DNA of 63,295 bases, the filler included, from Sphacelaria rigidula (Eukaryota), in the NCBI GenBank assembly GCA_964200075.2. It is 4 parts of 4 records of this genome, joined end to end, with 100 filler letters (N's around TTAATTAATTAA, not from the genome) between each part and the next. Parts side by side here need not be neighbours in the genome. Positions count along the whole stretch, not along the records: positions 31,700 to 47,447 come from CAXNAA020001612.1; positions 47,548 to 63,295 come from CAXNAA020001613.1; 2 more parts are not named here. One strand, 5' to 3'. Shown here one piece after another: positions 45,337 through 59,970 of this stretch. Each line of letters begins with the position of its first letter. Positions within the stretch are counted from its first letter, which is position 1. Position numbers and translations under genes: made by a program. The notes under the pieces are model-generated. The model did no database searches. It saw only the letters and a program-made list of their open reading frames with translations, and was not told where the DNA came from.

Positions 45337-47447
45337 ATCGTAGAGTGGTATATCTGATGTTTCGTTGTTTTCATAGGTGGGGACTCTGTCAGTGGAAATA
45401 GAGAGCTTCACTCATTTCGTTTCCTTGTGGGTTTCAGTCAGGGTGATTTTTAAGCAGAGATGTACGAGCGACTGCGGAAATTTTATCATCACACTTGATA
45501 TCACCGTGGGACCAAAAATTGCGGCTCACGCTCGGATATTTGTCCCTAATGCTTGATATCGAGCGCACGCGTGCAAGGCACTGTGCTAACCAATGCGAGT
45601 GCCAGTGCCTTGGAGTGCCTTGTGGTCACTATAGCAAAGATCTGGAAGCCAGGCGAGCGTCAAGGGTCTTTCTCGTACGCATGGTTTTTGGTGTATTCAT
45701 CCTTTATCAAGCAATGCGCAAACAGCCGTGCATGCAGGGTAAGGTATGTAGAGTATTTGTTCCGTCACTCACGAAGGTTGACCCAATCCCATGGGCGGAC
45801 AACCTGCCGACCAAGCGTAAATTACCAAAAAGCAGCGCAAATTTATAAAAACGGAGGAAGGAAAGACTTGTCCTAACCATGTTGCAGTCGTATGAGAGCA
45901 CATTGATTGCTGGTTTAGTACGGCCAAGCGGCATATATATTTTACCTAGGTTAAGCTCTTGAAACCATCCTCTTCCCCAATTTTTGCACGGGGTGTTTGG
46001 AAACGTGAGTGCCTTGTTTTTCTATAGCATTGCTCGTTTTTATTTTCAATTGGGAAAGTGGGCATGCTCGAACCTCAGCGCTGCGGGATGCTTCATGCCG
46101 TTTGGGACACGACCAGCCCAAGTACTCGTACTGCGCAAACCATGAATACGGTGCATATAGATTTGAATTTCCTGCTCTTGAGGGGGGGTGATCATGGTCC
46201 TGTTGGGCGCTCGTGCTGCTCGAATGACACGGTGTGATGGGCTGTGAAATGTTTACATGGACCTCGAACGGGTCACCATAGAACTATCGTACTTTTCGTT
46301 GTTACTCTCAGACAATGGAAAGGTAGATCGAAGGGTTCCAAATTTTGTTGTGTAATACACGATTTTTTGTGTACCCGGGGTATTCACCCGCATATTTCCC
46401 GCACCCGACAGGCTCTATGGGGTGTGTACGCTCATCATTCCCGTATGCGACAGTCCTGTGAGTTCTGTAAGTCTCTCATACCGGTACCCTACAGTTATGT
46501 TAGATCTGTAAAAAATATTTGCCCCTTACCCCGGGTACGGGTATACCCTTGCGGGAATACCCGGCTTCGGGCAAAGGAATATGAACAACCTGCATAATAC
46601 CACAACAGGCAGATTTCACGCGTTCTACGTGACTTTTATACCGGTACCCAGAAGGAATTATGTACGTTATGTGCGAAATCTCATAGCGTACTGAACATAC
46701 CCGCATCCTAGAGAACACAACCTTCGATTATGTCCCTCTTTCTTTCATCCGTCCTCAGGAAAATCCAACGGGGGAAATCACCACCAAAATCAAACCAAAA
46801 CCTAAGCATGTATGAACACCATAATGTACCAAGCATAGCTAAAAGATATGTTAAAATTGTGACTAATGACTAATGCCGAGATAACCCCCCCACAAAGAGT
46901 GAACCGCCGCCTTCCACCAAACCGGCTGCGATCCGTGTGGGCTCAAAGGTTCAACGATATATTTTTTTCCACGATTCCTGGATTGATTGATCTGTTTGAT
47001 TCCTCAGCTGAAAGATGTCACTTTGGAAACCGAAACAAAACTTATTAAAGGTTTATTTAAATTGGTTGATTCGGAATCACAAATTCCCAAGATTTGTAAA
47101 GTACAACAAAAGGGCAGTACAGAGGACAATGCAAGTGTACAAGACAGTACTACTGTAGGTTAGACGGGCGTGCGATGTGAGCGTACCGAGAAAAAGGTAG
47201 GGCGTGTTCCTCCATGTATGGCCGCAGGCCCGTAGTTTCGGTTCCGCAACTCCTTCTGCCCTAGATTGTCCCTGTGAAGGATCACCGGACAGCTCCTGGC
47301 ATGTATACACTTTACATGGGAACAGTACGTACAGTGGTTTTGCATCGCACGATTGTATCTGACGATCTCGACGTTTGCAGGAGTCATACTACGGTGGGGG
47401 GGTGGGATGTACTCATGATCATGCTTGCCATAGTCATAAGACCATTG

Positions 47448-47547
47448 NNNNNNNNNNNNNNNNNNNNNNNNNNNNNNNNNNNNNNNNNNNNTTAATTAAT
47501 TAANNNNNNNNNNNNNNNNNNNNNNNNNNNNNNNNNNNNNNNNNNNN
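47448..47547. other. Artificial linker/gap
   Basis: N44-TTAATTAATTAA-N44. Confidence 0.98.
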
Positions 47548-48035
47548 GCCCGGCCTGCCGTCGGGGGTCCGGGTGGGGTCCCTGTCCCAGAGGGAGGGGG
47601 GGGGGGGGGGGGGGGATTCACCTGCTCCTGGGGTGCGGAAGGAAAGACTCACCACTGTAAGATATTTATATTTAGGCCAATAATAGGCATGCTACACAAT
47701 CATGTGGGCTGTTTTAAATACTGCTAGGCATCCGTGCTAGATCTCATAACCAATGGCCGATGCTACCAATACTTTGGAGGAACACACAAAGTATCCTGAA
47801 AAAAGCTTGACGACATGTCTCTCTCAAGTTCCGAGCATTGTATCGGAATAGGATATTATCATAGAACGAACCAAGTCAGGCTTCCGATGAAAAAGGGTAT
47901 CACCTGGGCACACACAGCGAAGGAATCATCCTAGCTTATTGTGTACAGCGCACGTTGAGTGTTCATGAAGAATGGGATGCCCTCAAGGACAACTGCGTTA
48001 GTAACAACCGCAAGTGGTGGTGTAGCGGTGCTTGC

Positions 48036-51000
48036 CTGGTCTGCTACGTTTCCCTGGTAGGCCTCCATTTCTTCCTCGGTCTTCTGAGACCATAGTTTGG
48101 TGAGTGGAATAAGGTTCTGTTGCGTGATCGGAGCCTGGGATTTGACGTCTTTCCAAACACTCGCAGCATTCTCCAGTGGATCCAAAAGCCTGATGAGCGA
48201 TATCAAGCCAGTTGGAGAGGACGAGATACAGCAATACGTGCAAACCAAATGCAATACATGAAATACTCGTTATCACGAACAAAACGTTCTTAACTCCAAT
48301 CACGTGAGCTCAACTCCTCTTCATATGTGTGTACGCATGTCTATGTGCACCAATTGCAAGCACACGATGTAAACGCACCCAGTTTATCCGTGTTATCCCC
48401 GTGCAAGTTTAATCTTACCAAGCGTCAATCAAAAACCTGTTACACGCTGTGTTTTTCCCATGGCCCTCGAATGTTTCACGCTAACTACACTATGTGCTGG
48501 TCCACGGGTTGAAAAAACACTGGAATCATGCACCGGGCAACCTCCAACTACGTCCAGTCATACGAGTTGATTGCAGTGAATATTACGCAATCGCCTTGGC
48601 GCTGGGAGTAGTGCATGTGAACAAACGAGAACGCACCTATCCATGTTTTTTTCGCCATTTTTTCTCAGGACAGAGAGTGCCGCGCGATTTGAGTCAATCC
48701 TTAGGTCGAGCTCGCGTCGCCTAGCGTCAGTTTCCTTGAGGTACTCCTTACACTTGATCAATTCATGACGATCGTCCTTGGGGATCGCCTGACAATAACA
48801 TGAATCGAGATATATGCACGAGTCGAAGAGTATGTATACCCGCGTGTGAAGCGGTGCATGCCGTGTGGATGGAAACTGAAACCGATGTTTTAAGGTACCG
48901 TAAGACGGCGACGGAATGTGAATGTGCGCTTAGGTATTTCAACACATCGAAATAGATATTTTCCGAAGTCCATGTAGCGCCGAGTGAGAGAGTGATGATT
49001 CCCAATGCATTGCGCCTTCAACTCTGGTAGAGGGACACGACCTTGGGTTTGAGAGTACACGAAGGAATAACGTTGATTGTGCCCCTTTATTGTCATGTAC
49101 TGTATACGGTACCTTTTTCAAGCCCTTCAGAGTCTTGGTCGAGTACTCTTTGAGCTCTTTGGTGGAATCCCGAATGCTGGACATCAGCAGCGGACCGTTT
49201 ATGGTGTTGTTTTCAGGCTCCGCCCCTTCCACGCAAACAGAAGTGAACGGTGACCCACAGATGGGTCCAGCAATGCCCTACGGCGGCAGAGAGCACCAGA
49301 CACAGTCGATGGAGCGGTCACGCAATTGCTACACCATAGCCGGTACTTTCTCACTGAGACCTTCACAGTTATCGGAGTCAACGGCCGGAGTATGTTCTTC
49401 TGGTGGGTATCTGCTCACGTTTCAGCTCGGTCCCCTGAGAGGACACCAATCCCAAAAAAAACAGCTGCGATTCCGTTTGGTGGGTCCTAGGCGCTAATAC
49501 GTACAGGCTTAAGGTACGTGGACATAAACAGGATGACCCGCATTGCAGACACCTGAACTCACGCACCTACCTGGAATGTTCCGAGGAATTCCACCGTCAC
49601 CCTATACTCGCCAGGGGTAGAAGGCGTGTAGGTAACCGTGTAGGTTCCGTCCGAGTTGTCCTATGTATTGTTGTAGGACATCAATTAAAAGGGCCGGCGT
49701 TCCCCAGCATCTTCAAACAAGCTACAAAGAGGCAGACAACTCATATAGCTACAAGAGAATGCTCTGCTGACCTGGGGCGAGCTAGACAAGAGGATATACA
49801 AAAAATTGCGGCGCACTATCATGGCGTGTGCGCACGTGGTGTTAATTTCATGATCACCTTCTGAGGGAATTCGCACGAAGCATCTTCCAAGTATATTGTA
49901 GTGTATTGCTATAATCTAAGCACGGTTTGGCTCACGATAAAACATCAGATTCGTGAAGCAATCTACAACTATATAGTTTGTAGTATGCCAGAACCACCGA
50001 TAAAAGTACACTCGGTCATGTTCTGCTGCCATCATTTGTGTAGGGGGCATTGAAGATCCAACGTGTTCTAACCTGCGTTGCGCATGGAATGCCTGATGGA
50101 GGAGCTTCGCTAGCGACTTCGGCATCCTTGTCTTTTGCCGCCGCTGCCACCTTGGTCACCTCTTTCAGTCGCGCGGCCTCTTCTTCGACATTTACCACCT
50201 CCACACGAAACTCATCCATGCCACAAAACCGGTCGTGTCCTACCTGTTACAACGAAGTATTGAACGACGTGGACTTGCAAGATGGCTGAGGGACACGCGA
50301 GTACGACGCGATTAACCCGAGGAACAAGAACGTAGACTGGCCAATACTTCTTGTGACAGCCGATCGGCGTGGTTATAAGTATGTCCGCATGACCTTTGGC
50401 ATAACACGCGCGGAAGTACCGTTACAGCATATGAAACCAAGGACAGATGAGATGCATCGTTTAGTAATACCAGTCAGACAACTGAAGTGCACGAGCAATA
50501 CCTACGCATGCATGGCTGAACTCCACGGCTGCTGGGACAGCATCTTCTGAATCATGTGACTGTGAGAAATCCCAGTGGTAAAAAAGGACGATGCGATCAC
50601 CTTGTCGCGAGCCTGAATGATGAACTCCACTGGAACCCCGGCGGCGATTCCGCGCAAAAGTCCTGGTCCGAAAGCCACCGTGTTGGTGGCATCACCGACG
50701 CTGAAGTACTGAAAGTTCACCTTGGTATTCGTCAGCCCTCTTGTCCCGATCGACAAGCGACACTCCACCTGTCGTGCAGTACCCGAGCGATCGTGTCACC
50801 TTTTCTTACACCACCCCGACAAGGTCGGCTGCAAACTTCGCGCGGAACTTCAACGTCAATGCCACAATCCGCAGTAAGACGAAGGCTGCAGCAATAGCAC
50901 TGGTCGATGATGAAATTGAAACATCGGTGGAACGACTGCATCCCTCCTGTATAAGAACTTGCCTTCGCGAATTTGACTGCGTGTTAATGTTCTGATCCGC

Positions 51001-54000
51001 TGCTGAGTGCAGCATATGTTTCAACCATTGCGCAAGTGCAGGAAGCGTCACAGAGTCAGGGCAACAAAGAAAGACTGGAACCCAATCGTCGCACCTGCAT
51101 CGGGCCAAACTTCTCGAAGCTAGGGGTAAGAAACGACACCTCCGTATCGTTCACGACAGCTCCTTCTGCCTCCACGAAGCCCTTGGTGCATGCGAACCGA
51201 ATACTCACGCTTCCTGACACTGACGAGAACCCCATACCGGTAATCTTGAGTTGGGAACGACATCACGATGGGAAAAACCGAGACGGCAGGCAATTATCAT
51301 TCACATAAACATCAAGCGATCGTGGAGCGGTGAGCGTTTGCTGTTTCTGAATATCGTATGGTTTCAGCAGGTGCACATTTCAGCAGAGACCAACTAGGGA
51401 TGATTGACGGATACCGACATGCCGCACCGTCGTCTGAGTAGCACCGGTGATTGCCCCTGAACCAGGAGACACTGATTCCAGCGAGTATGGGGGACCAACC
51501 ACCTCTCCCACGGAGCAGACGTGCAGTTCTCCCCACCTGAGTGCCAAACGAGCACGGTGATTGCAAGGACAGCTTCTTCATGAGCCGAAAAAAATTGAAA
51601 GCCCTATCGTCATTTGCACAAAAAAGCACCAAAACACCATGGGCTTTACGAGAATCCAACGATTATACAGCGCTGCACGGATATCGCAGCGTCCGAAGCG
51701 ATGGCTGCCGGTACGTGCGTCGCAACACGCGCTGCATCGCACGGCGATTGAGAAGACAGGCGATTGGCAAGACAGGGAAAGTGCTCACCACTTGTTTGCC
51801 CAGCCTCCGAACAGCAAAAGTCGCGAGTTGGTGCCGTCATAGATCATCTGAAGGACGGATGCACCAAGCGCGACGTTGGGGCTGTCAGTGGCAAACTTTC
51901 GGGTGTTGGAATGGGGGGTGCACGGTCGCGACATTCGCGACGGGAATGGTATATTGCACACATACGTAGCGCAATAAATGCATGTGATTCCGCAGTATGC
52001 AACGCAACTTAGTGTCATATCAACTAGGTGGTGGGGCAAAAATGGGGCCTGTTTGACGTGTGCATGGAGCAAACACTGCAGGCCTCTGTCAGCGTTGATG
52101 ATTTCGCACCTGAGTATCAGAGCGAGGCTCTGGGAGTTCCCCTACGACAGTGGTCGCCGTCCACGTGTTGCTACCCGTGTTCAGCACGCACAGATCGTTG
52201 AGAAAATCGCCCTTTGACACACAGCAGAGAGCACGAGAGAAAGTAAGTGGGGGGATATCGTAATGTGTATGTATCGCAGACTGAACGCATTATACCAAAC
52301 CCATCAACTCTATTGTAAAATATGGGAAGTCAAACAGGATCGTTCTCTTTGTAGATGGCATGGGGAGTCTCGACGTGTTTGTCGACAAGCTGCCTCCGAG
52401 AAGAAGCAATCCAAATGTTCTCACCTGTGGATTTCCACCCTCTGCAAGGTTTCCGCTGTTGCCTCCGAATACGAACACCTTCCAGTGGGGTACGGCAAAC
52501 ACTCCCACAGCGGAATGATTCCACCTGTAAGGCGAGGGTGGAGAAATAAATGGGTACTACTTGAGACGTCGCTAACTACGACAGTCGTTTTCGAATACCT
52601 GGTATATGAGGGATACACGGGGTTACCAACGCAACGCTCTTCTCACAGCAACGATGAGAAGCAGTCCACAGGAAATGAAAGTAAAATTACTGATTGGAGT
52701 GCAGACAGAAGTAAAACGCCCGTGCACGTCTCGTCTGAAAAAGGGTATAGGGAAAACGTGGTAGCGCGTGGAAGCGAAAGAGTAGGTGGGTGACGGTGGC
52801 ACACACCTCGGCGGTCCCCATGTGTCTCCACTGCCTGTTTCAGCCTTGGTCCATATCCACGTTTTGGTGTCCAGGATGAAGAGGTCGTTAAATTGTTGCA
52901 CTGAATTCCACCCACCACACACGTACAGGGTGTCCTTCACTACCACCGTCTACAGAGAGTAGGTTAACAGACGAAAGAAGTTACGCGGGCGTGTGCATTT
53001 TTTAGTCAGTAGAATCTCGTTCGATAGGGTTGGAATCTTTTCCTGTGCTGTTTCTATCGACGTGGCACGGACAACACGTACCGACAAGTATGAACCCGCT
53101 CACAAAGGATAGGCACCCTTCCGCGGTAGCCTACATGCCCACGCCGAGAGCTAGGTCCGACAAACAACAACTACACGAGTAACTGCTGCGGGTATGGTTG
53201 AACCATATTTTAAACATTTGTTTTGGAGTCTCTTTACCTGATGTCCTGAGCGCGGTTCGGGTTGCTCGCCGGTCGCCTCGATCTCTACCCACTCCCACGT
53301 GCTCATGTCGAGTACATGTACATCGTTGAAATCTCGACGGCTGAAGCCCGGCCCCCCGTATCCCCCAAACACAATGAGGGAATTCCCAATCAGATTTCCA
53401 GAGTGGGACCCTCGTGGATCTGGGCAGCCCTTCCAAGACTTCTTGAAGGTGATCACTCCTGTTCATGACAGAACGGAGGGAAAGTGTTCTTCATACCTGT
53501 GATTTGTATATGCGATGTTTCTACTCCCAGGCGGGCACTTCATTGGAGCATTCAGTTGCTCGAAATTGTATCAAGGTATCATGTGGTAAAAGAATAGGCA
53601 ACTACAGGAAACACAACTCATGTCGCCGGCCGCCTTCACTGCACTCAGGTTTCATTGAATAGACAAGTGCGACCATGGCATTTATGTCCAAAAATATACA
53701 TCAACAGATTGGCACAGGTGATAGAGTTCCAGCTCAGCCTTCGCTCTCACCGTCTTCTGCCTCCTCGGTAATACCAGGTGGTGGTTGTGACCACTTGTCC
53801 CCTTTCGTATCTAAAAGCCACAGGTCGTTAAATCGAATGCTAGAGGACCGAAACCCCCCAAATAGCACAAGCGTAGTTGGACTCCGTACAGCCACTGCGT
53901 GATGCCACCGAGCTGCTGGGCACCTCCCGGGTGTCTTTACTTTTTGCCAATAGAACTCGCCAGCTGGGCGGTAACGAGGAAATTGAACACGTCCAGGCAC

Positions 54001-55145
54001 AAGACACAGAGAGCGGCGACAACGGAGAGCGGTACCTCGTTGAAAGGTCGCAAAAGCTGTATGGAATACGCTGCATCATGGGTCGACTGCCGTATCAACA
54101 GCTACGTAGGTGAGGCAATACTACGGCTCCACTGGTGAGTAGGTAGCGACATGATCCAATATGCCACCGTCCCCCAATTTACACTCGCTACCCCGTAGCA
54201 GGACGTAAAACGTTCTGGAGACGACTGCTGCCGAGATAGCCCCCCCCCCCCCGAACCGGCTAAAAACGTGCACGGAGGCGATGGTGATAAATGCCGTTAG
54301 AGCTGGTTTCTTGCTGCACGACGCGACTCATTTGGGCGCTTTAGCTGATTTCGGATTGCTACACGCCTTTCATCTGAGTGCAATTGCTGAAAACGAGCCC
54401 AATAGTAGGATCGCAGCCGGTTTGTTGGACGGCGGCGGTGCACTTTTTGTGGGGGGGGCTATCTCGGCATTAGTCAGACGTCCAAGGCACCCGTATAACT
54501 CTTACTATTGCCTGGTGTCACAGCCAAGCTACGCTAAGGAAACCGCAAATGCCGAGGCAGTAGTAGACTGTCCTGCGTGTCTTGGTAGACCCTGCCGTTT
54601 ACCGCGTCGGATTACTCCAAAGTTTACACATGTACCACTAGGGTACCTCCTCGAACTCACGATTACTCATGTCGAGCTTGAACATTTCGTTTGTCGGTCC
54701 AGGCGGTCGAGCTTGTGGTACCCCACCAAAGAGGTAGCCTGTACTGCCGACGATGGTGAACGAGTGCCCCGACCGTTTCCCAGGCACCTGAGATGGAAAC
54801 CCCGGCCCCGAAGGGAGGAGATGAACACTCTTTTCAGCTCAGCCTATAAATTCAACTGTATCGAGGCGCTCGCTACCTGAGGTGTGTGGATTGCAGTTCT
54901 TCATACAGTAAAAAAATACATTTATTTGTGGGATTCTGAACGCTGCTGTCGATACTCAAATTGTGCCGAGGGCGCACGACGGGCAATAAATCAATCGAGG
55001 CAGGAAGTCCAGAGACAAGACTGACATGATTGCCCAGAGAACCCCGAAGCAGTCCCCGTGTACATCACAGACGGAGGCACTCACTCCCACATTAAGCTTT
55101 AAAACCCACCTCTCCCATACACTTGGGCTTCTCCCATCGCATCAT
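48036..55145 (-). CDS. Outer-arm dynein heavy chain, alpha-type (Chlamydomonas ODA11-like), N-terminal part (Kelch propeller, IPT/TIG, filamin, helical tail), 3'-partial; exons 55145-55110, 54787-54661, 53963-53751, 53458-53238, 52949-52807, 52524-52425, 52211-52110, 51847-51789, 51536-51428, 51244-51095, 50768-50601, 50243-50073, 49660-49571, 49277-49113, 48788-48637, 48189-48036
   Basis: Sixteen phase-compatible exons. Six Kelch repeats (RSGHS..YLFGG, RWHH..LFGG, RGSH..VFGG, RSGH..VCGG, RWNH..VFGG, RSDT..LFGG), VVGPPY..SPGSGAITG..ITGMGF (IPT), AFGPGL..FIIQARD and DNSDGTYTVTYTP..GSPF (filamin). This order is characteristic of the alpha-type heavy chain; the motor domain is outside the segment. 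Confidence 0.88.
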
Positions 55146-58100
55146 CGGTTGCGGTTGCTTCGGTTGGACACGACGAGAATGGAGACACGCGAAGAAGGCG
55201 GGTGTTTTTTCAGGGCCACGAGTCGGTACTACGTGGCAATCGCAAGACGATCTGATGCACGACTCTGCCAGTACAACGTACAGTAAATGGATATAAAAAT
55301 TCAAGCACCAGCGTCTGATTGTCGAGTTCGCCGCCATTGGCTCCTCTGCTAGTAGAACAAACGCCCCGTGGAAGGCGTTGACACTGTACTACAGCGTACT
55401 AATAATAGTTTCATTACAATATACGTGGCTGTGGGTGGTGGCTGAATCCGAGTTCTGCCTGGAAGATTATGGATATTTCTCTGAGTGTGCTATCTCAGGC
55501 AACATGACTCAAACAGGATAAAATTTAAACGTTGTTTCGGCAGGGTGGGTAGAAGCTGTTGCACGGAGGCGATCCTTGTGTGGCTGTACAGCAAAGTCGT
55601 CAACTGTACTGTGATAATCTTGTAGTCTCGTACGAACACCTGTCCGAACGCACAGGGCTGGACTGTCAGTGCTTTGCTCGGAACGACTTTTCTTGTACTG
55701 TCCTAGTCATCCCTGCGCATGATTAGCATTACCGTTGCTGTAGTGAACTTCATGGCTCACCATGATTGCACTTGTACGTGCACAGCGCGGAGCGTGTGGA
55801 CATGCAGGGCGTCCAGTGCACGGCACAGCGCGTGTTGTACTCCGAAATGTGCAGTGCTTTTCACGTAACTGTAACGGTTTTCAGGTCTCCCAAATGCGGC
55901 GTAATTCAAAAAGTCAGTGTCATGTGTGTGTGAGAGTGATCTAACCACTGCCTGCAGCAGGAATACATATACACTAGAAGTGGTGCAGATCTCGTGTGAC
56001 CAGCTTCGCCTCTGGTTTCAGACGTAAGTCCACTTGTAGAGGTGGGCAAAGGAGGCTGCAGCCATGTCGGGTATCCTGCTCAGGTATGTGCGGCATAATT
56101 GTGTCGAAGAAGCTACAGTACTTCATACTGCATACAAATGGCCCGTACTCGTATACTGTTGAACGGCTACCACGGATTTCGTACCAGCATTCCACCCCCT
56201 TCTATCCTTTTCTCTTTTTCGCGATGGCGGGGTGAACCACACCTGATATACTGCTGCAAGAGTATTTTTCGCTGAATTATCCACTTGCTGGCCCTAATTT
56301 CAGACGACCCCAAACTTTAAACTTGAGTGGTTTGACCGATATGGGAGTAAATCAAGGGTTGACGTGGATTGGATATTGAACACCACCCCCTATACGAAGC
56401 CCTTTCGTATCGATTAAGAAGAACAACGGGTGCTTGTTTCCTCTGTGGATCATATGCCGCTACTGTAGGCCTTATTGGCCACGGGGTTTATTGAGAGGCA
56501 TCGGCTGAGTGTAGTCGTGCCAACATGTGTGTGCGACAAAACATACCAGAAGGCAACCAAGTCGGCCGGGGGAGGCAAACCCATCTGACCCGCGGTCGTT
56601 TTTGCAGAACATGATCGCCTGTTCGAAGGAAGCTACGTGGCCTTGGGGGTAACTTCTTCCTACCTTTTTTCAGCCTCGAATGCGCATTTAGCAAGCGTAT
56701 TTGACGGCAATGTAGAGACACTGAAGCGCTAACCGCTCCTGGAGAAGGTTGTGGTGCTATAACGCGAGATAGCGTTTTTGGGGCGCGGTCGCTGTGTCGT
56801 GTCACCGTTGTAGCCAACCAATGTTCGGGACTTTGGAGGCTTGGTTGAAATGGTTGCGCTGTTCCTCTAGTCTATGTTCAAACAGAAGCAGGACGCAATG
56901 CCACGACCCTATTGCACACGGTTCATCATGATCATAACCAATCAATGAATCACTGTGTCGAATACATGGGCGGCATCATTATTCCCTGGAGAAACCCTTG
57001 ACTACTTGCTCACCTTTCGCCCAATCCTCCCCTGCTTGTGAAGCACTTCCACGACGAACCGAACTATCACGTCTCTTTCCATGGCGGTGCGGGTATTGGT
57101 CATAATCTCAGACCATATGTGGCTTGCAGCTCAACTTCTATACCTTCTTAACATCAAGTTGCAAACTTAGCAGAATGTACCGTTGGTTACAGAGTGGACA
57201 CGCACATGCACACGCACACGCACACGTACACGCAGGCGCACACACCTTGATTGATTGGTTGATTAAGTGATTGATTGTCGTACATTGACCACTCCCGGAG
57301 GATGCCGTAGCACAAGATAGATGTACCCATGATCAACAGAGTAGAAACACTAAAAAAAGGGAACTCGAGAAAGGGAGAAGACGAAGAAACAAAGACAGAA
57401 CAAACGGGGTAAACTGGACAAAGACGAGAGGCAATTAAAGCAGGAGGGACGAGAAGGGAAGCGGAGGGTAGGGGAGGGTAGGGGAGGAGAACAAGAACAC
57501 GAATGACCCGTCCCGAAGAAACTAGTGAAACTCGATCGGTCGTCCGGAATCAACGGCGTCTCCCTGCCGATAAACCTTGGAAGAGACGTTTGGATCACCA
57601 CTAATCCCTTCACAGCTCAAACTGCAGAATGTATAATTGTCAGAATAAAGCCTCGCCCCCTGCCGTCGCCATTGAAAAAATGATATATCTACTGTTCCTG
57701 CGCTGAAAAGAGGTATTCATCACTCACTGCACTAAACCCAAATTATAATTACTCTCAACGCCAAAATCAAGATATCCTTGCATTTACATCAAAATCGAGT
57801 AACTATCATATTCCATAGATATCGAGTAGTTATAGGTGTGCCCCCCCGGTACCCCCCCGTCCCCTCTCCTTTTCTTTATATCACGGACGGTTTGGGGCGT
57901 GACCTTCCGTCGAAATGAAGGTGTGCCCTGTCGTGAGAAAACAGCGAAACGTGGGCAGACAACCACGTGGTGTTAGCCTGCCTTCGACACCAACGTCTTC
58001 GCTGTCCATATCTCCTGTTATATCAGGCGAGCGAAAACTGACGACATTCAGTTACCATCTGATACTAGCTAAAGCAATTGATCGATAACCTGCGAGGACG

Positions 58101-58589
58101 TTCTTTGTATTCCTCCCATCTCCACCGTCACAATAGCTGAGGGTGTACCCCATGAGACGCTTACCCTCTAATCTCCTACCCTCCTATCCCCACCCGCACA
58201 ATAGCTGAGGATGTACCCCATGAGACGCTCGCTTACCTCAACTTCCCAGTTTTTACATTGGGAGTCAGGATTCGGGATTATTTGGACGTAAAAAGAATGC
58301 CCAGATGAATATCCGGAGTGAAACATCGTCAACAACCTTACATCGACGGCAACTGTGGCGAGATATCGAGATATGGTGGGCTCTCTGCAGCCATTGGCTG
58401 ATGCTGAGTCGATAGCAAAAGCAGGCGAATGATGCGCGAACGACGCACCGTGAGCACTCACCCCCTCAACCACGACATCAAGCTGCTGCAAGTCTTTCGA
58501 CTAATATCGCTTGTGCTTGTTGAGAAAACCCCTCGAGCACCCACATTCAGCCGTCGTTCCTCCACACCTGCACCACGGGCCATTCGTTA

Positions 58590-59970
58590 GCGTACAGCTA
58601 GACGGTTGAACAGACGCCCACGCCCCCCTCCCCCGAGAAAAAGGAGATGATAGAGAAGAGAAGAAAGAAATATGGGAAGATGTGGCTGATGAAACGAATG
58701 AACCTTTTGATGGCGGGATGAAGCAAAGGTGGATAGGAACAAAGGGATATTGGGCGAACAGGCAGGAGAGGCAGACAAGGGAATAGCCACACTATGAGCA
58801 CAGAACGGCAAAATGGTTAGTAGCTCCAAGGGGAAGAGGAAATACTGGTAAAGCACTGCCGAAAACTAGGATCACCGACAACGAACAAGATGTTCGACGC
58901 GGAATTCGAGAGATAGATCAGCGCGTGGGCAGGGACAAATGTAGAGGTATCACAACGGAAAGATAGTGGCCCAAAAGAAGTATGGGAGGGCAACGCGAAG
59001 TTGGTGCGGCAGCTGGGAACAGTAGAAATGACGGCAGCGACGAAAATACTTGGATGCTCAAAAACGACAATAATATAGTATTGGGAGCAGAATTGGGAAT
59101 GTGCCCGCTGGAAAGAAATAGAGACATTGTAAGACTGAAATGGCAGTATAACGTAAGAAACATGCAAAAAAAAGACATTGCCAGCCGTAGTTGATAGGGC
59201 TGTATGTACTCATGATCTTGCATGCCGTAGTCATATGGCCATTGTATGAGAGGAAGTAACGAAAGAGCATGCTGGAATAAGGTGGGATATCGTGGGCGAG
59301 ATGGTTGGAAAGGCGTGGGAGGAAACCACCATGAGGTAATGTCTATATGTGAAAATGGGGGATACAAGGCAAAGGTAAGAGGCATTGCAGAAATGTGAGA
59401 GAAACAAGCGATACGACGGAATGTAGACAAGGAAGAGCACCTGAAGATATACGGGGGGTTGAGAGAAGGGATAAGGATGAAACTATATATTCACAGCCGA
59501 ATGGGTGACGCAAAAAAGTTGAAAAATGCGATTTCGTGTGGGGTACATGGACCTGCCAGAAAGACGAAGAAGGTATACCAGTAGTCGGGTGGAGGAGGAA
59601 GTAGATGCACAGCATTGCCCCTGTGGCGAAGCAACAGAGAGCATAAGTCATGTAGTGGCAGAATGCGAAGTATACAAGGAGGGACGGGACGTATTAGAGG
59701 GGGAAATATGGGAAGGAGACGGAGGTGACATGACATTGTTTAGAATATTCGACAGTATCGAGGAAACGATGGCGATACTAGGAGATAAATGGCGACACAC
59801 GGTGAATCAGGAAGGGGATAGGATGTGTAAAATGTTTTGTGTAATGTGTAGAAGAAACGCAATGAGCACCCTAATGTTAGCGGTGTCTCTAGTAGGAGAA
59901 GGAACGGGGCTCCGCTTCGAAAGGGTTACGTGGTCAATGATCGAATGACTAGGGCAAGCAACAAATGAGT
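58590..59970 (+). mobile_element. Decayed, internally deleted LINE fragment
   Basis: Homologous to 38870-39570; C-terminal Cys/His motif CPCGEATESISHVVAEC; shared 3' tail followed by a C-rich run. Confidence 0.8.

Noticed and set aside
46370-46720. ATACCCG/GTACCC-rich block as a defined transposon
   Set aside because: It looks like a dispersed repeat, but no termini, TSD or second full copy could be identified.
47612-47640. 6-nt micro-exon (cag|GAGCAG|gtgaat, minus strand) of the dynein gene
   Set aside because: Splice-like context only; it lies beside a poly-G run at the segment edge and cannot be verified.
54281-54880. 199-aa plus-strand ORF
   Set aside because: Antisense to dynein exon 2 and its introns; no independent support.
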